Positions 46,637 to 55,925 are shown, counted from the stretch's first letter. The stretch is 64,000 bases of DNA from a virus (IMGVR_UViG_3300017565_000002:128001-192000), one strand, 5' to 3'. The notes: generated by a model not told the origin, from the letters alone. A program made the numbers and translations.

Positions 46637-47800
46637 TTACCACGCGTCGTTAGCGGATTCGTTAAACGGATACGGAGTATCGGCAACTTCGTCCGAATCC
46701 ACATCGAGGTATGGTTCGTATAGATCTTCTGCCGCTTCGTTGATGTTCTTCGGTGCCTTGTAGTGATACGCTTTGACAACGAACTGCTTTGCTTCGCGGG
46801 CTTGTTCAACCGCTGCTTGCAGCTTGATGTTGTTCAGCAGGATAGCCGTATCCAAAGCAACGCTCAGAATTTTGCGCTTTGCGTTGAAGTATGCAACTTG
46901 ACCGGAGTGGAACGACTTAGCAGCCGTCACATGGTCTTTGTTTTTCGGATCGGTTTTGATGGAGCTGCTGGTGGAAGTTTTGGATTCCTTGACCTTGGAT
47001 TTGATCTCTTTGATCATGTCATCCACTTCCTTGACCATACCCTTGAACGCCTTGTCGATTGGCTCCTTAACCTTTTGGAAGTTCTCGACAACGGCAGCAT
47101 AGTCCATGCTGAATTCCTTCGCTTTGCGTTCGCCGCCTTTGCGGAGCAACTTGCGTGCTTCCACGCCGACGTCTTTCATCGATTTTGCATTGCCAGTATA
47201 CATACTGCGAACCGCACGGAGTGCGATGTCTTCGCGGGAAGTCGACTCGACCGCTTTAACGGACTCGTCGAGCTTTTCGCGGCTGGAATCTGTATAGTCC
47301 GGAGTCAAATCATACGCCGAAGCTTTGTACTGATCGTTCCATTTGCCGACGATATTTTCGATTTTGATTACACCAAGATCGTATTCATGAACCTCGGCTT
47401 TCAAACCTTTCAGTTCGCCGTTGTTAAGTTTCTTGGCCACTTCCGGTTTGATTTTGTCAATGACCTTTTTGTTGGTAACCATGAACGTTTGAACTTTCAG
47501 GATGATCGTTTGCGCCGTTTTGATCAGCCAGTTTTTGATGGCTGTCAAGAGTTTGACGATGCGTTGGCCGATGGTTTCATTTGCGTTTTCCATGACCAGC
47601 TCAGCATCTTCGTTCAACACACCGGCACTTTCCGTCAAGACTTCGCTCATAAGCGAGCGGAAGCCGCTCATGCGCTTAGTGATAGCGTCGTCTGCCTCGG
47701 TGATCATACTGGTGAAATCGCTGCTGTCGAAATTGAACGTCGTAGCCTCAAGAGCTAAAACGTTCGGTTGGGATTCTTTTGTGCTGGTGAAATCAAACAT
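46637..47800 (-). CDS. Internal head protein paralog 5 (likely the most abundant)
   Basis: AGGAGG RBS; VLTE-S, LVME-N sites; strongly biased codons. Confidence 0.7.
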   Translation of the reverse strand: MFDFTSTKESQPNVLALEATTFNFDSSDFTSMITEADDAITKRMSGFRSLMSEVLTESAGVLNEDAELVMENANETIGQRIVKLLTAIKNWLIKTAQTIILKVQTFMVTNKKVIDKIKPEVAKKLNNGELKGLKAEVHEYDLGVIKIENIVGKWNDQYKASAYDLTPDYTDSSREKLDESVKAVESTSREDIALRAVRSMYTGNAKSMKDVGVEARKLLRKGGERKAKEFSMDYAAVVENFQKVKEPIDKAFKGMVKEVDDMIKEIKSKVKESKTSTSSSIKTDPKNKDHVTAAKSFHSGQVAYFNAKRKILSVALDTAILLNNIKLQAAVEQAREAKQFVVKAYHYKAPKNINEAAEDLYEPYLDVDSDEVADTPYPFNESANDAW

Positions 47801-47872
47801 GTTTCTACCTCCTAAAGGATGGATTATAAGATTTATCCTATGTTTGTACTACTTACATATATCAATGAAATG

Positions 47873-48979
47873 TTACTTGGGATAAACACTATTTGTCTTG
47901 AATAATTGGTCAGGAATTGCACATTCGGTATACAAGATGCCGATTTCGGAATCTGCATGAGGCAGATAGCTCTCATTGAGTTTATTGAACGGATCAGCCC
48001 TGTTCTGAACTGTGTCGTAGGTGTTGATAACAATCCTACGATAGTTGACGCTCAATTCTTCCAAAATTTCAGATTTTATCCGGATGACTTCGACAATCAG
48101 GGAGAGTGTGTAACACATAGCCATCTTCCGATTGACGAAAAATTTGGTGATGATCGACCCGGCATATTCATTTCCTTCATCGAGGAAAATCTTTTTGCTT
48201 TCTTGGCAGTTGATGATTTCATTCTCCAACTCCAAGATGATGGCATTGATTTCGTCGATATTAATATAGCTATCTACACTCAGTAACGTTGCAAAAACTT
48301 CATCTGTGAAATAGCGAGTTTCGGTTGCCGTTGGATCAACCAAGCTGTCACGAACTCTTGTATACATACTATCTCCAACGGTTATCGTCGAGGGAACGCC
48401 CAAGAGCGCTTTTTTCAACGTCTCGGTGATATTACCCATCCCACATTTATAGTAGGCATCGTTGATGCGTTCGATTTCATCAATCGGCTTGGTGACATTT
48501 TTGGTGTCTAACTCCAATACATCCTCAATAACCGCTTTTGCTCTGGATAGAAGCTCGCTGGTTGAAAGTGTATCCAAATTATACCGAGGTACGGTATAAG
48601 ATACCTTGCTTACATCCACCTGCTTCAGAAGTGGTTGATAGCGATGAGTGACATCGGAGTTTGCTTTCTTCAATGTATCCAATGTCATCTTAACGCTACT
48701 GCGAATTTTTTCAAATCCGCTGATTGTTTCGTTTGCATCATTGATGACATCCTCGATAATATCCTTGGACGCTTCTGTCAGGATGGTAGTTACAGATTCA
48801 TCATATACACCGTCATTCTTACTCAGTGCTTCAGACAGAAGTCCGCCATATAGCTTAACTTTCATCGATGTAATATGGTTGGATTCAATCATTGCATGGT
48901 TTAATTGATCCACCGCTTCTTGGATAGACGTTCTTGGATTGTGGTCACGATGAATTTTACCTTTGATATCATTAAACAT
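47873..48979 (-). CDS. Internal head protein paralog 6
   Basis: AAGGAGG RBS before MFNDI; ILTE-A site. Confidence 0.6.
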   Translation of the reverse strand: MFNDIKGKIHRDHNPRTSIQEAVDQLNHAMIESNHITSMKVKLYGGLLSEALSKNDGVYDESVTTILTEASKDIIEDVINDANETISGFEKIRSSVKMTLDTLKKANSDVTHRYQPLLKQVDVSKVSYTVPRYNLDTLSTSELLSRAKAVIEDVLELDTKNVTKPIDEIERINDAYYKCGMGNITETLKKALLGVPSTITVGDSMYTRVRDSLVDPTATETRYFTDEVFATLLSVDSYINIDEINAIILELENEIINCQESKKIFLDEGNEYAGSIITKFFVNRKMAMCYTLSLIVEVIRIKSEILEELSVNYRRIVINTYDTVQNRADPFNKLNESYLPHADSEIGILYTECAIPDQLFKTNSVYPK

Positions 48980-48995
48980 ATTTAAACCTCCTTGG

Positions 48996-49850
48996 TTAAT
49001 TTGGATGTGCCATGAAAGAAGCAACTTTAAACATCCGGTCATACCCATACAAAATTACCGAATGGATAAGTGTTACACCCCTGAGTATCCCCTCGAATAA
49101 TGCAGAGATGATTTTAAGGGTCAGAGGAATATCATTGTCACTCATAGTCATTTCGGCTAATCCGTATTTCTTAGCGACTCGTCCCATTCGATCGTTAATA
49201 CCCTTTAACACCTTGTCGATGACGGAAAGGAACCTATCGAATTCGATCAGACGCTTGATAACGGTTGCCGTTGGTAAAGTGTTCAATTGTACATAATCAA
49301 ATGACCCATATACCATGGTATACAAGGATATCCGCCCATCAGTTCCTCGGAAGGGAACACCGAATGAATCCTTGATAATGGTTGTTTGGATCTTATTTGT
49401 AAGATCTGGAAGATTGTTTCGATAAGTTAATAGCTGAGGGAAGCGCTGAAGGACTTTATCATCATTCGCGCCTCTCTCCAACTCATCGATATCCTCCAAC
49501 CAGCTATTAACCGCTTTTTCGATATCATCAAAATCAATATCCGCTTTAAATAGCCGAACCGGCATTTCCATCTTATGCGCTCCGTCATAGGAAAGAATAC
49601 GGTTCCTCATTGCCAGTAGAGATTGGACATTTTTTGCTTTGACCATCCCTAGTCGTCTCCGAATCCACTGAATGAAAGCCACGATCTTTTCTTGAAGATA
49701 GCGAATGAATGCTTTAATTCTTGACTGATCTTGGGCTTCGACCAGAACTAAAGACCTATGCTCCGCCAATAAGTTCATGTCCTTCAATGATTCATAGAAG
49801 GTAACAATTTCACATTCTTGCAATTGAAAGTGTCGTATAGGTGGGAACAA
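48996..49850 (-). CDS. Internal head protein paralog 7
   Basis: GAGGTGA RBS, TTG start; VLVE-A site plus helix. Confidence 0.6.
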   Translation of the reverse strand: MFPPIRHFQLQECEIVTFYESLKDMNLLAEHRSLVLVEAQDQSRIKAFIRYLQEKIVAFIQWIRRRLGMVKAKNVQSLLAMRNRILSYDGAHKMEMPVRLFKADIDFDDIEKAVNSWLEDIDELERGANDDKVLQRFPQLLTYRNNLPDLTNKIQTTIIKDSFGVPFRGTDGRISLYTMVYGSFDYVQLNTLPTATVIKRLIEFDRFLSVIDKVLKGINDRMGRVAKKYGLAEMTMSDNDIPLTLKIISALFEGILRGVTLIHSVILYGYDRMFKVASFMAHPN

Positions 49851-49872
49851 ATTGACTCACCTCGCAATCCTC

Positions 49873-50742
49873 TTAAGCGCCTTCAACGCGCGCCATTGTA
49901 TTCGCAACCCGAATAAGTGTTGAATAAGCAGACAGAACCAATGCATATACTTTGGTCAATCCCGCTATGATTCCATCAAGAACGACGATGATAAGATTGG
50001 CCAACTTATTTGCAGACCTTAGATCCTGTTCTTTCAATCGTCTAGTCTGCATAAAGTTATTTAAGCCAGTATTCACATACGTTCTTAATGTGGAAACCGT
50101 TTCAACCACCAAACTATAATGGTCAAGTTTCTGATTGACTGTGCGACCTCCGACTGTACCGAGATTCACATCTATCGATTGACCATATACTTCGGAAACC
50201 AAATCTTCACTGTCTAAGTTTTTCTCATCAATATCATACATGGATGTGACAATATCGGCAGCTATCTTATTTTTCAAGCCTTCCAAATCATCCATATACA
50301 TGGCGATACCCACATACTTATTCATACCTTCAGGGTTAAGTCCATCTCTGGCAAACATACCAATTTCGGTCATATACTCACCGATCCGACGGTCAAGTGC
50401 TTTATTGTCCGGGGTGAGCAGGAATAATTTCTCAGGAATTCTAACGATGTCATTACCATTGTAGTTAGCAATGGCGTTTGTCATCGTCCGACTCCTCTTA
50501 CCTCTGGTAAGACTGAGTTTGTTCAATAACCAATTGAAGAAGTCGATAACTTTCTTTCGCATGAACTCAATCGCTTTTTTGATAATATCTATTGCTGAGG
50601 TTTCAGTTAGTAAATCCGTTTCGATAAGGTATTGGCTACATTCTTTCATGAGCATGTGATAGACATGTGATTCTTCTATCCGCCCATCCAGTTCCACCAT
50701 ACCCTCTCGAATAAACTGAATGCGAGTGTTCAAATCAAACAT
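49873..50742 (-). CDS. Internal head protein paralog 8
   Basis: RIQFIREG shared with RIQLIREG of 42730; LLTE-T site. Confidence 0.65.
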   Translation of the reverse strand: MFDLNTRIQFIREGMVELDGRIEESHVYHMLMKECSQYLIETDLLTETSAIDIIKKAIEFMRKKVIDFFNWLLNKLSLTRGKRSRTMTNAIANYNGNDIVRIPEKLFLLTPDNKALDRRIGEYMTEIGMFARDGLNPEGMNKYVGIAMYMDDLEGLKNKIAADIVTSMYDIDEKNLDSEDLVSEVYGQSIDVNLGTVGGRTVNQKLDHYSLVVETVSTLRTYVNTGLNNFMQTRRLKEQDLRSANKLANLIIVVLDGIIAGLTKVYALVLSAYSTLIRVANTMARVEGA

Positions 50743-51641
50743 TAAAGAGCCTCCTTTAGCCCTTTATTAGCTTTGATCATATAGGATAGTACACCGAATA
50801 GCATATAGTATACTTTCGAATAAACGGATAGGAAGGTTGTGGAGACATCCAGAATTGCCATAATGGAGTTTGCGATGTAACTGATGGCTGTATTCGATTC
50901 CGGTGCTTCCTTCATCTTCTTCTCATAATCCGTTAACAATCCTGTCAAGCTTACATTCATATCTGATTTGAACCGTTCGATGTAATCAATCGAGTCAGAT
51001 AACTCAGTAAATTTAGAGAAGAGTTTCTGCTTATCAATTGATGACAAAGGAATCGGCTTCACTTCACCGTAGATATACGCAAGAATTGCATCAACCCTTT
51101 CGGCATCACCCAGTGCGACACTTGCATTTGCCAATATCGTTCGCATCAACGTTTCGGACAATTCGGCGGAAGTTGGAACACCATTAGGAGTTTTCTTACT
51201 GGTAGATGCAGAGCCAGATATAATATTCATCGATACTTCATCTTGGAATTTATGGATGTAAGCTATGACACTGGTCAGACTAATATCACTTGTAGGAGAT
51301 AGAATCTTCTCCGGAAGATTTACTTGTGTTGTATTATCGATTGGGAAACGGATGATAGCCGCTCTATTCTTTATGACCCAGTTCGTCTTCTGCTTCTTGT
51401 CACCCTTTATCCAAGCAATCCATTTTTTCAATACAGCGATGACCTTTTCAATGATCATGCGGATAAATTTCTTACCTCTTTCCAACCAATTGCCACCATC
51501 TTCATTTGCAGCTTCCATGATATAAACATAGGAAGCCTCTCGAATACTCATAACAGCCTCGTGGAAGGTAATCGGTTTAACACTTTCTCTGCTAGGTACA
51601 ATTAGACCGTTTTCATATATCAGATGATCATACATTGTCAA
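50742..51641 (-). CDS. Internal head protein paralog 9
   Basis: YIME-A site plus helix KKFIRMIIEKVIAVLKKW. Confidence 0.65.
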   Translation of the reverse strand: MTMYDHLIYENGLIVPSRESVKPITFHEAVMSIREASYVYIMEAANEDGGNWLERGKKFIRMIIEKVIAVLKKWIAWIKGDKKQKTNWVIKNRAAIIRFPIDNTTQVNLPEKILSPTSDISLTSVIAYIHKFQDEVSMNIISGSASTSKKTPNGVPTSAELSETLMRTILANASVALGDAERVDAILAYIYGEVKPIPLSSIDKQKLFSKFTELSDSIDYIERFKSDMNVSLTGLLTDYEKKMKEAPESNTAISYIANSIMAILDVSTTFLSVYSKVYYMLFGVLSYMIKANKGLKEAL

Positions 51642-52558
51642 CCTACTCCCTTCCTGACCTTAGCATGGATAACCATTGCAGATGCGGTGGATACAATAGA
51701 AGACATAATTTGAAGTGCTGTATTTGCAATCAGGTGTACATTTCGGTTGAAGAATGACGTAAAGTAATGAACGACAGTATTGAACATGTGTTGAGGGTTT
51801 GGTCCAAGCATATTCAACTTGTCCGTTACCTTCGTCGCTGTGTTCAACGTATTGAGAATCTTGGTATATTCCTTCGAGAACTCGTCGAATTCAGTTTTGA
51901 ACTCACCCGTCTTGAGGAATACATCATAGAACTTGTCAACATGTACACCTTTCATCACTTTCTTTTCTCCAATCAATTCAGCCCGAATTTCATCAGCCGA
52001 ACGATGGTTGAATTGAGATAGGGATGGGACATAGCCTTCGAATCTCTTTGCAAGGGATTTCCCTTTGGTTGCGATAGCTTTGGTTACCTCGACGCCTTTT
52101 TGGAGAGTGCTCATCGAGGAAAGTAATTCGTCTAAACTGTTGATACGGTGGTTCTTAAGTTCTGCACTAGCTTTCTTAAGTCTATCCAATACAGAACCGA
52201 ACGAGTTGATATTCGAGTACGTTTCAACCTCGATTTTACTATAATCGACTTTACGGAGTATCTTCTGATACCGGTTAAGCCGAGTTTGCGTGATTTTGAA
52301 CGTACGATCGAAGAAATCTTTGATCTTTGTGATCATCTTCTTGAATACTTCGATCAGTCGGGTGATGATACCCTTCCGCTCTCCTTCGGTGTCAGCTTCG
52401 GTTATGATCATTCCATGAGAAGGTGTTGTTTCGTACAATGAGACGATGGATGATTCCAGAAAAAAATGGGATTGATTGAATCTTAACTCCCCCACCGACT
52501 CTTGGATCAGTTCCGCAAAGTTCAACCTCTGAGATTCTTGGATAATATCATTAAACAT
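51638..52558 (-). CDS. Internal head protein paralog 10
   Basis: AAAGGGG RBS before MFNDI; IITE-A site plus helix. Confidence 0.65.
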   Translation of the reverse strand: MFNDIIQESQRLNFAELIQESVGELRFNQSHFFLESSIVSLYETTPSHGMIITEADTEGERKGIITRLIEVFKKMITKIKDFFDRTFKITQTRLNRYQKILRKVDYSKIEVETYSNINSFGSVLDRLKKASAELKNHRINSLDELLSSMSTLQKGVEVTKAIATKGKSLAKRFEGYVPSLSQFNHRSADEIRAELIGEKKVMKGVHVDKFYDVFLKTGEFKTEFDEFSKEYTKILNTLNTATKVTDKLNMLGPNPQHMFNTVVHYFTSFFNRNVHLIANTALQIMSSIVSTASAMVIHAKVRKGVG

Positions 52559-52636
52559 TCCGGGAATTCCCCTTTCTTGAGCGATTTTCACAATGCTTTT
52601 TAAATTGTTCTACAATACAGAATTAACTTCACACGT

Positions 52637-52676
52637 AGAAAACCATCCCTCTGCGGTTTAGGGATGGTTTCTTTTA
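52637..52676. terminator. Terminator hairpin
   Basis: AGAAAACCATCCCT / AGGGATGGTTTTCT. Confidence 0.75.
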
Positions 52677-52686
52677 TAGACAAGTC

Positions 52687-53154
52687 TCATTCCTTACCAA
52701 GCTTAGCAAACTTAGAAGGAATGTAACGACCAGTGTTAAGGAGAGTTGCTACATCATCTAACGTATCAACCCATTTTGCACCATTCCGAATCACCATTTC
52801 ACCAACGGCTTTCATGGATCGAGTTTGACTTTCGTCAAATTTCTTATCCCCGTCAGCAGGTAAGAAACAGAAGATGGTGGATTCCGGGCGTTTATTACTA
52901 TCATCGATAACTTCCGCAATGGAATAGACGCCGGTCATGGTTGGCGAAATCACATACAATACAAACGCAGCATTATCTCGCATTTGTAGCTCCAGCTTCT
53001 TATGCGCTGGTGTCCAATCTTTAACGACCGGGTTAAAATATTTGATTTTCAATTTGGGGATGAGCTGATCTCTCCAATTATTCTTCTCTGCCCCTGCTGT
53101 TGTACCACCAAGGAATACAAACATATTACTCTTGATGATAATTTCATTGAACAT
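52687..53154 (-). CDS. Nucleoside 2-deoxyribosyltransferase-like protein (Nuc_deoxyri_tr2 type)
   Basis: VFLGGT...WR..LIP.L...YFNPVV.DW...TGVYSIAEV pattern. Confidence 0.82.
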   Translation of the reverse strand: MFNEIIIKSNMFVFLGGTTAGAEKNNWRDQLIPKLKIKYFNPVVKDWTPAHKKLELQMRDNAAFVLYVISPTMTGVYSIAEVIDDSNKRPESTIFCFLPADGDKKFDESQTRSMKAVGEMVIRNGAKWVDTLDDVATLLNTGRYIPSKFAKLGKE

Positions 53155-53167
53155 GTGACTTCACCCC

Positions 53168-54130
53168 TCAAAAGAGAACGACGTCGGACTGTTGTACCTT
53201 CTCTTTTGCTTCTCTCTCCGCCTGCTTCTCGCTCTTTTCATATTTGAACGCAAAGACTTGCGAGATTTGACTCAGACGATCTGCAATCCAAGATTGAATA
53301 CGGATTGTCTTGGACGCCGAAGATCCTCTCGTTGCTTGTAACGTTTCAACGTTTGCCTTAATCAGGCTTGCTTGAACTTCAGCAGCATCACTAAGTTTCA
53401 GTCGGCTATAGTAGAACAGGAAGATCAATTCTTTGGTCAATGGGATAATCTTAAAGATACCCATGATTGCACCAATGATAACCAAGACTGGCACAACTGA
53501 AGCTCCGACGCCTTCATGAATCGTACTTGGCCGGTTGGTCGCTTCCAATGTTTTACTGAATGATCCATCGGCAACTTGCTTATTGAAATGATTGAGCGAG
53601 TCGATCATGAGGTACGAGTTACTCTTGCTATATTTCTTATTCATAATAACTTGGACAGTATCCGTATTCCCAGCATGAACGAAGTCAACTACTGTGGAGA
53701 TCATGAGTGATGCCCCACAGAAGAGAGACATGGTCAGGATATTATACATCATGATAGCCGTCGCATTTTTCTTGATAAATCCGGTGTAGAATTTCGGGCC
53801 GAGCATTTCGATATTGGCAAGTGCTCGACTCAGAATTTCAACTTCCGGGATAGTTTGATTCGAACTCGAAGCAATATCCTTCAGCATCTCGATTGATGCC
53901 TTCAGGTTTTTATACTCGTCCATATTAATGATATAGCCCTTGGAATCTGGTATGGAGGAGAAATCAATCATATTGTATTTCTCCGCGATTGCCACATAGA
54001 TACGGTCAATCAAGTTTCGACTAACCGAAATCTTTTCGGCCTCCGTTAATTGCATGAACCTTGTGCGGCTCGGTGTTTCATAGTGCTCCTTGATGCATTC
54101 AAAAAGTAAAAGTTGATCATTAGAGTTCAT
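53168..54130 (-). CDS. Probable virion structural protein, 320 aa
   Basis: AGGAGG RBS; late operon; IHE-G site followed by a hydrophobic segment. Confidence 0.6.
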   Translation of the reverse strand: MNSNDQLLLFECIKEHYETPSRTRFMQLTEAEKISVSRNLIDRIYVAIAEKYNMIDFSSIPDSKGYIINMDEYKNLKASIEMLKDIASSSNQTIPEVEILSRALANIEMLGPKFYTGFIKKNATAIMMYNILTMSLFCGASLMISTVVDFVHAGNTDTVQVIMNKKYSKSNSYLMIDSLNHFNKQVADGSFSKTLEATNRPSTIHEGVGASVVPVLVIIGAIMGIFKIIPLTKELIFLFYYSRLKLSDAAEVQASLIKANVETLQATRGSSASKTIRIQSWIADRLSQISQVFAFKYEKSEKQAEREAKEKVQQSDVVLF

Positions 54131-54159
54131 CGATATTTCCTCCTATTCGGTTGAGATGG

Positions 54160-55329
54160 TTAACGGCCGACACCCATTGCCTTGATCATATCTTTCAATA
54201 CACGATCCTGATTTGCAGCCTCTCTCTCCAGTGTTTTGTAGGGGTATTCTTGGAAGCCAGGTTGAGAGTCGAATTGTGTATATACAATCTCATTCACCTG
54301 ATCCACAATGACCAGACCCAGAAGATAATAAGCTTTCATAATCTTCTCAGCCTGTTTAAACACGTCGATACCATACTTGGTCTTCAGTAAGTTAACCTCG
54401 TTCACCGTCAAGCAGATTGTAGCGATCGGCTTAAAGCTATTAACCAGTGTTCCCTTAGCCAGATCCGCCAACCGTTGACGACGTTTGAATGCCTCAATCC
54501 ATGGATTTGCCTTTTGGTTCAGCAGGTCGAATTTCATCTGGGAGATGCCGAATAGGAAATCAGCGGCTGATTTTTCTTCCCGAGAAATAAACTTGACGAA
54601 CCCAAGAAACCCTTTCTTGGCATTAACCGTATTTGCAATATCACGAACCAATTCATTGGAAGATGTCTTGTGCATAGTCGCCTTGATATTGACCATAATC
54701 TCCACGGTGTTCGTAGCCACGATGGCATCCTGTGCATTCCGTGTTACGAACCGTACAGGAATTTGCAATGTCGTTGGCAAAAGCTCGTTAGCTTTCTTCC
54801 AGTCCAAATCTGAAAATAACGACTTCGAAGTAGACTTAAACTGCGAAACATCATTGGATACCGTAGAAAATTCCGCACCCGTTTTGTTCAGCGAATCCAA
54901 TGGTTCGGTTTTCGGCATATACGGTTTATCCGCTTCATTCAGTGGTAGCATATTGAAATCCTTATCGCTACCTGCCGACTCAAACGTTAGGGTCACCCCC
55001 GCATTAGGTCGGATACCGATATTGGTGTGGAATTGACTCAGATAATCCCGTACAGTAGACGACGAGAATGAATCTACCTCAACTGCCGGAATTAGTGCGA
55101 AAGCAGTTCTTGCAAAAACGGCATACGCCCTTTCCAATGCGCGTATGACCATAACTAACTCTTCAGATGCCATATATTCTGAAGCCACGACTGGAAAAAA
55201 ATAAGTGCTATCATTGGCAATGGACGATAAGGACTTTGCACGCCCGCCACCAACAGTGAGCCTTTTTCCGAGAAATTTCCGTTCCTTTTTGATCATTTTT
55301 CCTAATGTGACGATTTCCTCAATAATCAT
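54160..55329 (-). CDS. Probable virion structural protein
   Basis: GGGAGG RBS before MIIEE; late motif upstream; FPVVAS and LLPTTL blocks recalled from jumbo-phage virion proteins. Confidence 0.6.
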   Translation of the reverse strand: MIIEEIVTLGKMIKKERKFLGKRLTVGGGRAKSLSSIANDSTYFFPVVASEYMASEELVMVIRALERAYAVFARTAFALIPAVEVDSFSSSTVRDYLSQFHTNIGIRPNAGVTLTFESAGSDKDFNMLPLNEADKPYMPKTEPLDSLNKTGAEFSTVSNDVSQFKSTSKSLFSDLDWKKANELLPTTLQIPVRFVTRNAQDAIVATNTVEIMVNIKATMHKTSSNELVRDIANTVNAKKGFLGFVKFISREEKSAADFLFGISQMKFDLLNQKANPWIEAFKRRQRLADLAKGTLVNSFKPIATICLTVNEVNLLKTKYGIDVFKQAEKIMKAYYLLGLVIVDQVNEIVYTQFDSQPGFQEYPYKTLEREAANQDRVLKDMIKAMGVGR

Positions 55330-55359
55330 ATATTCCGGCCTCCCATTGACGATTAAGTA

Positions 55360-55371
55360 TATTACACTGTT
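55360..55371 (-). promoter_or_regulatory. Putative late promoter AACA-N6-TA
   Basis: Minus strand AACA-gtgtaa-TA. Confidence 0.6.
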
Positions 55372-55411
55372 TAAGGGGTGAAAATACAAGCCTAAATTCT
55401 TCGTTTACAGG

Positions 55412-55447
55412 AAAAAAATAGGTCAAGGGGATTGTCCCTTGACCTAT
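55412..55447 (-). terminator. Intrinsic terminator
   Basis: ATAGGTCAAGGG / CCCTTGACCTAT plus T7 on the minus strand. Confidence 0.85.
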
Positions 55448-55455
55448 CCCTACCA

Positions 55456-55530
55456 TTAGACATGGTAGTAAATCTTCTTCAGTTTCTTCTTTCCTCGAAT
55501 CATATTGAAGAATACGAAAATTGCGCCCAT
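55456..55530 (-). CDS. 24-aa micropeptide MGAIFVFFNMIRGKKKLKKIYYHV (not in ORF track)
   Basis: GGAGGG RBS 6 nt above ATG, terminator directly after the stop. Confidence 0.55.
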   Translation of the reverse strand: MGAIFVFFNMIRGKKKLKKIYYHV

Positions 55531-55697
55531 AGTAAGCCCTCCACCATGTTATTTACACAGTCGAGGGAGTAATGACGTATGGATTCACACATATAGTGTA
55601 TAATCGTATACGAAGCTATATTAGTTCTCCCCCGAGCAGCGTAGTTTATTTGCTGTCGTCAGCACGTTTAAAGGTGGGCTGGGCAGAGAATAATAAG

Positions 55698-55886
55698 TCA
55701 ACGTTTGGAGAATATCTGTAAGATTTCGCGAAGAAGTTTAGCGGCTTTCCCACCTTTACCAGGAGCAAGGATTTCTGCTGTTTCCAGCACTTTATCCGTG
55801 GTCTTGATTACAGTGGATTTAATCCGTCTTTTTCGCCTATCTCTCAGAAACTCTTTTTTAAATACGAGTTTAACTATACGACTCAA
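55698..55886 (-). CDS. Small basic hypothetical protein (start uncertain)
   Basis: AAGGAGG present and early motif upstream; TTG start abuts the RBS so the true start is unclear. Confidence 0.45.
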   Translation of the reverse strand: MSRIVKLVFKKEFLRDRRKRRIKSTVIKTTDKVLETAEILAPGKGGKAAKLLREILQIFSKR

Positions 55887-55915
55887 CCTCCTTATAGTAA
55901 GTGAGATTCACGAAA

Positions 55916-55925
55916 ATAATATATA
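55916..55925 (-). promoter_or_regulatory. Phage early-promoter motif TATATATTAT
   Basis: ATAATATATA on the plus strand. Confidence 0.6.

Noticed and set aside
46763-47758. 331-aa plus-strand ORF; similar long antisense ORFs at 30455-31036, 36527-37132 and 8583-9071
   Set aside because: Antisense shadows produced by codon bias of the real genes; no RBS or recognisable motifs
54160-55329. Major capsid protein call
   Set aside because: No HK97-fold motifs recognisable and smaller than jumbo-phage capsid proteins; left as generic virion protein
2027-55447. Dispersed hairpins with similar GG(G)A..(A)TCCC loops as a mobile repeat family
   Set aside because: Stems differ in sequence and each sits at a gene end; best explained as ordinary intrinsic terminators
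55530-55700. tmRNA or tRNA (CTCCACCA on plus strand; AACTACGCTGCT resembling a tag on minus strand)
   Set aside because: No T-arm before the CCA, no matching acceptor 5' strand, and the two hints lie on opposite strands
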